A DNA stretch of 64,000 nt, taken from a virus. Positions within the stretch are counted from its first letter, which is position 1. Every line of letters begins with the position of its first letter. This document shows positions 36,454 through 43,871 of the stretch, in pieces. Position numbers and translations under genes: made by a program. Location of the stretch: the IMG/VR virus record IMGVR_UViG_3300045740_000123, positions 21,145 to 85,144 of that record; one strand, given 5' to 3'. A model generated the notes under the pieces. It was given only the letters and a program-made list of their open reading frames with translations, was not told the origin of the DNA and did not search any database.

Positions 36454-36483
36454 CATCCGTCTCGATCAGAGGCGGATGTTTTT
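36454..36483 (+). terminator. intrinsic terminator
   Basis: CATCCGTCT-cgatc-AGAGGCGGATG-like hairpin followed by a T tract. Confidence 0.65.
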
Positions 36484-36526
36484 GTTTGTCTATACAAAGT
36501 AGAATAATAAAAACGAATTAATAGAC

Positions 36527-37846
36527 ATGCCTGTATATAGAGACCCTACAGATAAAAACCTGTATCACGTCCATAAGGTACAGACTTGTAGTGGTCGGCC
36601 GTTAGAAGTAACGACGGCAAGTGGCAACATTGTTCAGGTAACAACTGCTGGCACAACTGCAGGTGATGCTTTTGGTCGTACTCGTGTATCCGAACCATTA
36701 ACGCTCTTTGATTCCAGCCATCGTTATAGCGATAATGGACTGTGGGCAACTGCGACAGGTGTTGGATCTGACGCAACGTTTAATGCTAACGCTGGCCTTG
36801 TTGAATTAAATGTACCAACAACATCTGGTGGTTACGTTAAGCGTGAAACCAAAAAGGTTTTTGCGTATCAGCCAGGGAAATCCTTGTTGGTCCTTTCGAC
36901 TTTTACATTGAGTCCTGCTAAGACTAACCTGCGTCAGCGGGTTGGTTATTTTAATGATGACAATGGACTTTATATTCAATTAAATAATTCGACCCTTGGT
37001 TTTGTTGAGCGTAATTCCGTAACTGGAACCCTAGAAGAAACAGTTGTTAATCAAGCCGATTGGAATATAGACAAGCTGGATGGCACCGGACCATCCGGTA
37101 TAACACTTGATATCACCAAGGCTCAAATCTTTTGGATGGATATTGAATGGTTAGGACTTGGAACAGTGCGTCTTGGTTTTGTGATCAATGGCGTATTTAT
37201 TCATTGCCACTCTTTCCACCATGCAAACTTAATTACGAGTACCTATATCACCACGGCATGCCTACCGTTGCGGTATGAGATCGAAAACCTTGATACAACC
37301 TCAAGCAACAGCACATTAAAACAAGTATGTTCCACCGTTATTTCAGAGGGTGGATACGAGTTGCGGGGTCGGCAAAATGCTATCGGAACCCCAATTAATT
37401 CACCACGAACCTTGACTTCTACTGAAGTTGTTTATCCAATTGCTTCCATCCGACTTAAAACAAGCCCTGACCGTCTTGATGCAATTGTCATTCCGACTGC
37501 CGCAAGCATACTTGGTTCTGGTAACAATGCATACTTTGAATGGCGCCTGCAAAGCCATGCCACAACATCGGGTGGTACTTGGACCAGTGCAGGGGCCGAT
37601 TCTTCTGTTGAGTACAACCTCAGCGGAGTTAGTACCAGTGGAGGAACTACCCTTGCTAAAGGTTACATCTCGTCCACAACACAAAGCAATAACTCCATCA
37701 ATATCTTGAAAGCTGCTCTGTTTCAATTCCAGCTGCAGCGCAATGGGCTGATTGGTACTCCAGAAGAATTCAGTCTTTTGGTTCAAACTGCAGACGCTAA
37801 TAGTCAAGTATATGCATCAATTGACTGGGAAGAAATTTCTCTTTGA
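36527..37846 (+). CDS. beta-rich phage protein, putative structural
   Basis: DAFGRTRVSEPLTLFDS, YQPGKS, WNIDKLDGTGPSG, DIEWLGLG. Confidence 0.7.
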   Translation: MPVYRDPTDKNLYHVHKVQTCSGRPLEVTTASGNIVQVTTAGTTAGDAFGRTRVSEPLTLFDSSHRYSDNGLWATATGVGSDATFNANAGLVELNVPTTSGGYVKRETKKVFAYQPGKSLLVLSTFTLSPAKTNLRQRVGYFNDDNGLYIQLNNSTLGFVERNSVTGTLEETVVNQADWNIDKLDGTGPSGITLDITKAQIFWMDIEWLGLGTVRLGFVINGVFIHCHSFHHANLITSTYITTACLPLRYEIENLDTTSSNSTLKQVCSTVISEGGYELRGRQNAIGTPINSPRTLTSTEVVYPIASIRLKTSPDRLDAIVIPTAASILGSGNNAYFEWRLQSHATTSGGTWTSAGADSSVEYNLSGVSTSGGTTLAKGYISSTTQSNNSINILKAALFQFQLQRNGLIGTPEEFSLLVQTADANSQVYASIDWEEISL

Positions 37847-37872
37847 TAGACTGGTACCACTGATTAAAAGCT

Positions 37873-38424
37873 ATGTATACTCCTGGTCCTCAAGTGGTTC
37901 CTGCGCCTGAAGCAGCGCCAATGCAGCCTGTTCCAGAACCTCAGGCAAAGCCAAAAGGCCCTGCCCGTTCAAAGAATGGTGATGTCGGGGCCTTTATCCA
38001 GCAGTGCATCTCCTTGGCTTCTTACCTCAAGGAACTTCAGACACAAGCCCATCTTATTCACCTGAACTACGAGGGGTCGAACTTCCTCGGGGTGCATGCT
38101 TTCCTTGGAGATCAGTACGAGGCTCATCAGACTCAATTTGATACGTTGTCGGAATTCATCAGGTCTATGGATTACCTGATGCCTATGTGTGCCAGGGGTC
38201 TAGCCGATGCTGGTCCTGGCATCCAGCACGTTACCAGCTACAAGGGAAGCGATCAGCTCACCACGTACTACAAAAACCTGGAAGAGCTGGGCATGAAGAC
38301 CAAGAAGCTGGAGCCTATTGCTGCCAAGGTGGGTGCTATTGATATCCAGAACTACATGGCTGAGCTGTGTGGTCAAGCCTTTAAGGCTGCTTGGCAAATC
38401 AAAGCTACACTTAGGACTTCTTAA
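37873..38424 (+). CDS. dps: Dps/ferritin-like protein
   Basis: AHLIHLNYEGSNFLGVHAFLGDQYE...FDTLSEFIR resembles the Dps ferroxidase motif. Confidence 0.8.
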   Translation: MYTPGPQVVPAPEAAPMQPVPEPQAKPKGPARSKNGDVGAFIQQCISLASYLKELQTQAHLIHLNYEGSNFLGVHAFLGDQYEAHQTQFDTLSEFIRSMDYLMPMCARGLADAGPGIQHVTSYKGSDQLTTYYKNLEELGMKTKKLEPIAAKVGAIDIQNYMAELCGQAFKAAWQIKATLRTS

Positions 38425-38869
38425 ATTTTTGCCCTGGAATAACTGGTTGCATTACTGCGTCGTAATGTGACCAACCAAGTTTTAATCGTCGTTCAATAGT
38501 CTGACGTTTAAGGCCTATTTCTAGCGCCCATTCTTTAACTGTTTGGCATTTGCCATCAATGGTTATATAAATACACATTGAACGATTTCTGTTTTGTTCA
38601 ATGCGTGTTGCCCATTTGCAATTATCTGGAGAATAACCTTTGCTTAAATTAATGCGTTCAATAGAGTATTCTTTACCAGGTCGTTCTCCCATGTCCATTA
38701 AAAAGTTTTCAAAACTATTCCATCTATCACAAACTTTAATTCCTTTTGCACCATATCTTTCGTAGGCTTTTGTATTTGGATTATTACATCTTGAGCGCAT
38801 ATTATGCCAAGTAGAATGAGTCAAAGAACGAATACCGTTTGTCGAATGGCCATGTCGTTGAGCGCTCAT
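38411..38869 (-). mobile_element. free-standing HNH-type homing endonuclease inserted antisense in the dps 3-prime end
   Basis: WHNMRSRCNNPN...YGAKGIKVCDRW..FENFLMDMGERP..SIERI...YSPDNCKWAT..EQNRN; displaced dps end at 38900. Confidence 0.85.
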
Positions 38870-38899
38870 TGCCAAGGTTGCGGAAGTAACCAGTCTAAC

Positions 38900-38923
38900 A
38901 AAGCCACGTTGCGCAATGGCTGA
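38900..38923 (+). pseudogene. displaced original last codons of dps
   Basis: AAA GCC ACG TTG CGC AAT GGC TGA = KATLRNG*, versus KATLRTS* at 38401-38424. Confidence 0.7.
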
Positions 38924-39783
38924 TGCCAAACATCTTTCAAAACTTTCTTAACCAAGTAACTTCTGGTTATCGCCAAGCAGATAAACAGTTGGGTGGATGG
39001 TTGCCAGGGGGTGGCACTGCTTCTCCTGTGACGCGTATAGTATTCCCTCCTCAAAGCTTTCCTGCCAGAAGCAAAGAGCTTCAACAAATGACAGGCGTCA
39101 AAGGACGTTTTGTAGATATTGATAAAACCCCGACAATTACGCGACAAATTGCACAAACAGTGGCTCCACTGTGGGGATCGCAGCCCTATGCAAACCCTTT
39201 GATTGGCGAGGTTGGCGCCCCCGGTTATAGGGGAGGAGCAACACCAAGAGAAAGACACTTAGAAATTCATGAGCTTGGTCATTTAAATCCAGCCGATAAA
39301 GGCATCTATAGTTATTTAGGCGTAGCTGGAAGATACTTGCAAGGACTTAGCAACAGCACTGGTAACTTACCTGTTGTTGATCTTTTGGCTGGTAAACTAA
39401 TGAAACATTTTGATGCACAGGAGGAAGACCGTGCAGAACGTTTTGCAGCTCGTTTTGCAACCCAAGGAAATTATCCTGCTCCTCAAATAAACCCTGAAGG
39501 AACCTCTGCCTATGGAGATCGGCTAAGAAAAGAAGGTAGTGAGATGAGCGAAAATGCTGTTAGTAGAATGCTTAATCCTTGGGGAATCCCTGAAAAAATA
39601 ACCGGGCTTGTAAATCAACAACGGGCATCTATTCTACAAAATGAATTATCACGCTCACTTCCTATTTATCGGGAACGTTTTGGAGGGGAAACCGAGCTTT
39701 CTCCAGAAAATTTAAAAGAAACAGAACGTCTTAACAATTTGGCAAAGCAAATAGAAGCTTTAGGAATTCAACCAAGGTACTAA
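38923..39783 (+). CDS. hypothetical protein with HExxH zincin-like motif
   Basis: IHELGH and a downstream EEDRAERFA. Confidence 0.65.
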   Translation: MPNIFQNFLNQVTSGYRQADKQLGGWLPGGGTASPVTRIVFPPQSFPARSKELQQMTGVKGRFVDIDKTPTITRQIAQTVAPLWGSQPYANPLIGEVGAPGYRGGATPRERHLEIHELGHLNPADKGIYSYLGVAGRYLQGLSNSTGNLPVVDLLAGKLMKHFDAQEEDRAERFAARFATQGNYPAPQINPEGTSAYGDRLRKEGSEMSENAVSRMLNPWGIPEKITGLVNQQRASILQNELSRSLPIYRERFGGETELSPENLKETERLNNLAKQIEALGIQPRY

Positions 39784-40037
39784 GTTACTGACCAGTGCTC
39801 AAGCCTGTGGCAATTGCAGCATAACGGGATGCACTTGCTGATCTCTTCTTCTACTCGGCCCCAGCCGTAGCCATGGTTCACCATGTCAGATATGTTGTTA
39901 TCCTTGTCTCCAATGTGGTGAAACTCTAAGACACGGTGATCATCCAACCCACACTTCTTGCACTGCAGAGTCTTCTTGTACTCCAGAAGCTTCTGTCGAT
40001 TCTTGTTGATACGTTCCTTGGATTGACTCCAGGGCAT
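39780..40037 (-). CDS. small HNH endonuclease
   Basis: CKKCG..LEFHH...EEISKCIPLCCNCHRLEH. Confidence 0.85.
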   Translation of the reverse strand: MPWSQSKERINKNRQKLLEYKKTLQCKKCGLDDHRVLEFHHIGDKDNNISDMVNHGYGWGRVEEEISKCIPLCCNCHRLEHWSVT

Positions 40038-40089
40038 TCATAGCTTTATTGGTGTAATTAATATAACGCTTTTATTGGAATTGTTGATA

Positions 40090-40126
40090 TCGGAGATGCA
40101 GGATTCGAACCTGCGACCCTCTGCTC
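40090..40126 (-). pseudogene. 3-prime half of the disrupted original tRNA-Pro
   Basis: minus strand GA-GCAGA-GGGTC-GCAGG-TTCGAAT-CCTGC-ATCTCCG-A; pairs with the half at 40612-40644. Confidence 0.9.
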
Positions 40127-40518
40127 TATTTAGCTTTTTGTTTCTTCACCTCTCTTTGCTTTTTACCCGCCTGGCTTTTTGCTGTTTTGCACAAATCACA
40201 CCGACATCCATATTTGGAATACGACCAAACTGTCCCATGTGTTTGTCGTTTTTCGTTGGTCCAGCCTTTACCATAACTTCCTTCTTCTAAAGTCTTAATG
40301 TGATGACAGGGTTTGCAAAGTAACTGACACTTTTTAAGTTCTGTTTCTAATGTATCCCAATGGGTTGACCACTTGCAGCTAATATCAAAACTTTTAGAAG
40401 TGTGATCTATGTGGTCAATATGCAACAAATCAGAACAGCCGCATTTAATGCAAACACCCCCAAGAAAATCAATCATCTCTTGGCGACGTTTTTTGTAATC
40501 AGAAATTTTTGAAACCAT
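40126..40518 (-). mobile_element. HNH homing endonuclease of the tRNA-Pro replacement cassette
   Basis: LGGVCIKCG..LHIDHID...ELKKCQLLCKPCH..K and C-terminal HGT..Y...CRCDLC; ATG at 40518. Confidence 0.88.
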
Positions 40519-40523
40519 AAAAA

Positions 40524-40594
40524 TCGGGGTGGAAGGTACTGCCCCTTCTCCTCCGCCTCCCAAAGACGGCGTGATACTTTTCTACTACACCCCG
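40524..40594 (-). tRNA. atypical tRNA-Pro(UGG), replacement copy
   Basis: acceptor CGGGGTG/CACCCCG plus A73, anticodon arm CCGTC-TTTGGGA-GGCGG, T stem GAAGG/CCTTC with non-canonical loop GGCAGTA, weak D arm. Confidence 0.8.
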
Positions 40595-40611
40595 AGGGGT
40601 CCGATCAATTT

Positions 40612-40644
40612 AGCAGATGCGCTACCAAACTGCGCTAATCCCCG
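40612..40644 (-). pseudogene. 5-prime half of the disrupted original tRNA-Pro
   Basis: CGGGGAT-TA-GCGC-AGTTTGGTA-GCGC-A-TCTGC-T. Confidence 0.9.
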
Positions 40645-40652
40645 GTGTTAGG

Positions 40653-40761
40653 GCGAGAGTGTCTGCCTACGATGATCTACGATGCAGCCGAGGGGACTCT
40701 TCGTTTAATACGACGTTCCTTGTCGTACCCTTTGCAGCCCCATCGGAAAGAGAGGGGGTAC
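40653..40761 (-). ncRNA. candidate pseudoknotted structured RNA upstream of tRNA-Pro
   Basis: stems GTACCC/GGGTAC, AGAGT/ACTCT, CTGC/GCAG and loop pairing CCGA(T)GGGG/CCCCTCGG. Confidence 0.5.
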
Positions 40762-40768
40762 TTATTTA

Positions 40769-41317
40769 TTATACAGATTCATTGGGTGTTTTCCAGAAAT
40801 AATCATCGCATTCTCCAAGCCGACCCCACTTCTCTTCCCGATAATCAATATCTTTAGTTAAAAAATCAATAGCGTTTTTCAATATTTGGATATTGTCTTT
40901 GGCGTGGCCAAGCATTGTATTGCATCTATGGCATAAAAGCCCTCTAACCTTGCCTGTTTCATGGCAATGATCTACACAAAATGTTTTCTTTGGAGCGGGA
41001 CTGTTTGTTTTGCATATGGCGCAACAACCTTTTTGAATTTCCAGAATTTGTTTGTATCTACCCCTAGGTAAACCATAGGAACGCAAACGATCAAGATCAT
41101 TAGCGTGTTCTAAATTGTTTTGGCGCCATCGATTGTAATTTTCTTGATGGCGCTTTTTGTTTTTTCTTGACCATTCCCGGCTGTACTCGTTTGTACAAAC
41201 ACGGCACCAAGTATTTAAACCATCTTTGTTTTTCTTTGCTTTGTTAAAAGCATCCTTGGATTTAATCTCTAGGCATTTGGTGCATTTTTTCGTTGGGAGT
41301 TTGCCAGAAATAGTCAT
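40769..41317 (-). mobile_element. Endonuclease VII-type homing endonuclease fused to the displaced C-terminus of its target gene
   Basis: CAIC...FCVDHCHETGKVRGLLCHRCNTMLG; ends KWGRLGECDDYFWKTPNESV. Confidence 0.88.
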
Positions 41318-41951
41318 CGCACTCGCCTAGGCGCCCCCATTTTAACGCTTTTTCAGAGTCAAAGTATCGAGTCGATACCTTAAAGTCTGGTGTCTTTAGA
41401 TCGTGGTTGGTGAGCGATGGATCAACCATTCGACAACGATTGTTGGGATAAGCGCCAATTTGACCGTTGTCCAAAGCCACAATGTTGTGGGACTTATGCT
41501 CGTCAGGAAATTCCGCAAAGTAAAAATCCGGTTCGTTCCTATGAGGATGATAATTGTCAACCGTAAATAGGTATGTGCCTTTCATTACACCTGCACTACG
41601 TGTCATAACTTGAAACTCCATATTGAAGATCAAGTTCTTTTCGACAACCGTAAGACCATGATCAAATCCATTCCAGAACTGCAGGTCAGTTAGCTCTAGG
41701 TCAGGAGTGGGTGCTTGAGGTTTGTCCGGATAATCTGGATCCCATGCCAGGAATGCACTGATGGGAAGCTTGTCGTAAAGGGCTCCGTACTCAGTAAGAT
41801 AAGTCTCAAACTGAAGTGCTCTACCAGTTAAAGATTTACAACTTACCCAATAACCAGGCGTATATTCACCATGACCGTCTCTTAGGTCACGTAAGTATTC
41901 ACGCCTTACCCAAACCTTGACGGGCGGGACATTGGCCACAAGAGTTGTCAC
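41262..41951 (-). CDS. conserved phage hypothetical protein (endonuclease target)
   Basis: ANVPPVKVWVRREYL, GALYDKLPISAF, EHKSHN...NGQ..AYPNNR; GTG start. Confidence 0.8.
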   Translation of the reverse strand: MTTLVANVPPVKVWVRREYLRDLRDGHGEYTPGYWVSCKSLTGRALQFETYLTEYGALYDKLPISAFLAWDPDYPDKPQAPTPDLELTDLQFWNGFDHGLTVVEKNLIFNMEFQVMTRSAGVMKGTYLFTVDNYHPHRNEPDFYFAEFPDEHKSHNIVALDNGQIGAYPNNRCRMVDPSLTNHDLKTPDFKVSTRYFDSEKALKWGRLGECDDYFWQTPNEKMHQMPRD

Positions 41952-42077
41952 AAAAAATCCCGGTGTATCATGCCGGGATCATAGCTTCCTTCCACGCTCT
42001 TGTGAGCACCACGTTCGTAACGTGGAGGGGTTTTCGACTATTACCCCTAGAGCGGTATTGCTCCGCCTGTCAGCATA
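41952..42077 (-). ncRNA. candidate multi-hairpin RNA or leader ending in an intrinsic terminator
   Basis: four adjacent hairpins, then ATCCCGG/CCGGGAT and T6 immediately before the GTG start. Confidence 0.5.
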
Positions 42078-42284
42078 TCAGGATTTACTTCTTTGATAAC
42101 GCCTTGCTGCGCGTCCAGCAAGTTTTGCTTTTCTGGTGTTTGGTACAAATTGTTTGCCTTCGCGGCTAGCCTCGCGTTTCTTTTGGTCAGTCTCTTGCCG
42201 TTCTTCTTTAGATAATGAGGCCCAGGCAGACTCAGGTAGATAACGTTTGGTGTATCCCTTTTGAATTGCTTTATCTGCCATCAT
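42078..42284 (-). CDS. small basic protein, partner of the DUF5872-like gene
   Basis: TKRYLPESAWASLSKEER..TDQKKR....GKQFVPNT. Confidence 0.75.
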   Translation of the reverse strand: MMADKAIQKGYTKRYLPESAWASLSKEERQETDQKKREASREGKQFVPNTRKAKLAGRAARRYQRSKS

Positions 42285-42592
42285 TTACTATCCTTGTATT
42301 TCTTTGCAGCTTCTTTAGCTTTACCGCGCTTTTCATACTCATCTTTCGTCATCCATTTCTCCTTGCCCCACTTCTCCAGGGACTTCTGCTTCTCACCTTT
42401 ACCTCCTTTGTATCCACCGCCTGCACTCTTGTATTCCTGTGCCACAAGCTGAGCTTTTCTAGCCGAAATAATTAGTTAGCCTTACGGCTACGACCATTCT
42501 CCTGGTTTACCGCCACGGCCTTCACGCATAACTTTGTTTTTGATGCGCTCACGCAGGTCTGGTTTTGTGTACTTGCTTTTATCTTCAGCCAT
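42281..42592 (-). CDS. DUF5872-like protein interrupted by a candidate 27-nt ribosomal bypass element
   Basis: MAEDKSKYTKPDLRERIK...GGKPGEWS, gap, ARKAQLVAQEYKSAGGGY...; skipping from TCG to TCG restores the WSARKAQ motif; absent from the ORF track because of in-frame stops. Confidence 0.75.
42464..42493 (-). other. putative programmed translational bypass (hop) element
   Basis: TCG TAG CCG TAA GGC TAA CTA ATT ATT TCG: matched codons, stop after take-off, hairpin TAGCC-GTAA-GGCTA. Confidence 0.7.
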
Positions 42593-43232
42593 AACTTCCT
42601 CGCTCTTTAAGATAAGTGACTGCGTTTGTCAATACATCTATATTATCACCAAATAAACCTAAGGCTCTATTGCACTCTTTGCATAATAAACCTCTGAACT
42701 CATTGGTTTGATGATTATGGTCCATGGCTAAAGATTGTTTATCCTTGGGAGGCTCTTGGCAAATTGCGCATAAACCTTCCTGGGACTCAAACACAATGTC
42801 GTATTGCTCTTTTGTTATCCCTCTGCGTTCGTATTTTTTGTGATTATGATGCAATAAATCTTGCCCTTGTTTTTTAACTTTCTGATAATGCTCCTTATTA
42901 TTGTTTACCCATTTATCCCAACTTAACTTATTGCAAGTTTTACATGAAGAATGAAGGTATAATTTACCGTCTTGCTTTCTTCTTCTAAAGCAATCCCAAT
43001 CTAAATAATGAGCACATTTAGAGCATTGTTTTTGACCGTCTGCTCCATACAATAATCTAAATCGACGGTTGATCAAAGATCTACAATCTTTGCATACGCT
43101 GTCTCTTTTTATATTACCAGCAGAGTTATACCCTTTGTTCCCAAAATTTTCATGCGGCTTTCGGGTTCCGCATTCTCGGCAAAGCTTTTGCATTGGTTGG
43201 TTTGTGCTTTTCTTACAATAGCACAAAATCAC
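42585..43232 (-). mobile_element. Endonuclease VII-type homing endonuclease inserted in the DUF5872-like gene
   Basis: two N-terminal CxxC modules, GITKEQY...CAIC...LAMDHNHQTNEFRGLLCKECNRALG; the start may be the internal MQKLC. Confidence 0.88.
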
Positions 43233-43324
43233 TGCCCAGGCTTGCCGCCTTTAGAACCAGCCATTACGCGATCTTTAATCCTCTCGCGTAACTCCGGTTT
43301 CGTGTATTTGTTTTCCTGAGATAT
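43229..43324 (-). pseudogene. displaced original 5-prime part of the DUF5872-like gene
   Basis: (ATA)SQENKYTKPELRERIKDRVMAGSKGGKPGQ*; homologous to 42491-42592; no ATG at the start-equivalent position. Confidence 0.88.
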
Positions 43325-43478
43325 CAGGATTATTTTTTCTTTCTTCTAATATTTTAGCCCACTTACATGGCTTAGCATTCACTGCCCAGTTTCGTGGGGG
43401 TTCCGGAATTAAATGATTAAGCTGGCGAAAGTATGCCGCCAGCCTTTCTTCTTCACTCGATCCTCTATTCTTGGCCAA
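43275..43478 (-). CDS. small hypothetical protein
   Basis: 67-aa ORF with TTG start; reads into the displaced fragment in another frame. Confidence 0.45.
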   Translation of the reverse strand: MAKNRGSSEEERLAAYFRQLNHLIPEPPRNWAVNAKPCKWAKILEERKNNPDISGKQIHETGVTRED

Positions 43479-43686
43479 GGTTTAAGTTTGGTGTTTTGTT
43501 TTTGCTCATTGAACCATACTTCTCCATAATCTCATCCATGGATTCGATTGATTCACATCTAATCAAAAGATCAGAAATGGCACTAATCGTTACAGGATGC
43601 TCGGATCTTGCCGCAAAAGCTAGGGCCTCACGCAAATGAATCGTTGCCTGATTCACTGCTTCCTTGACTTGATTCGATAAGGCCAT
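43465..43686 (-). CDS. hypothetical cyanophage-type protein
   Basis: MALSNQVKEAV..A..HLREALAFAARSE. Confidence 0.7.
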   Translation of the reverse strand: MALSNQVKEAVNQATIHLREALAFAARSEHPVTISAISDLLIRCESIESMDEIMEKYGSMSKNKTPNLNLGQE

Positions 43687-43871
43687 CTGAGATTCCGTTG
43701 GTTGCCTCAGTATAAACGTTGTTAGCATTATCTTTGGATAGTAATAAACTCTTTAGGACATTGTTGTGATTTTGTAGGAACTGACGCCCCTGCTCAATCA
43801 CATCTACGTATTGTGGCAGTTTTTCCATGATTCAAAAAGGGTAGTGGCCGTAAAGAAAAGTTGGGTTTACT

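Noticed and set aside
39780-40037. Repair-patch duplication around this HNH, and around 54152..54814
   Set aside because: No duplicated gene fragment was found by eye on either side, so they are not counted in the six-cassette system
40126-40563. ORF-track start at 40563 for the HNH
   Set aside because: The first 15 codons lie mostly within the substitute tRNA; ATG at 40518 is more plausible
40127-40611. Group I intron in the tRNA-Pro anticodon loop
   Set aside because: The insert is almost fully occupied by a tRNA and an HNH ORF, no intron core is visible, and joining the halves leaves no anticodon
42464-42493. Stop-codon reassignment or simple readthrough as the explanation for the interrupted gene
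   Set aside because: Both TAG and TAA occur in the insert, both end normal genes here, and readthrough would put nine extra residues inside the conserved WSARKAQ motif
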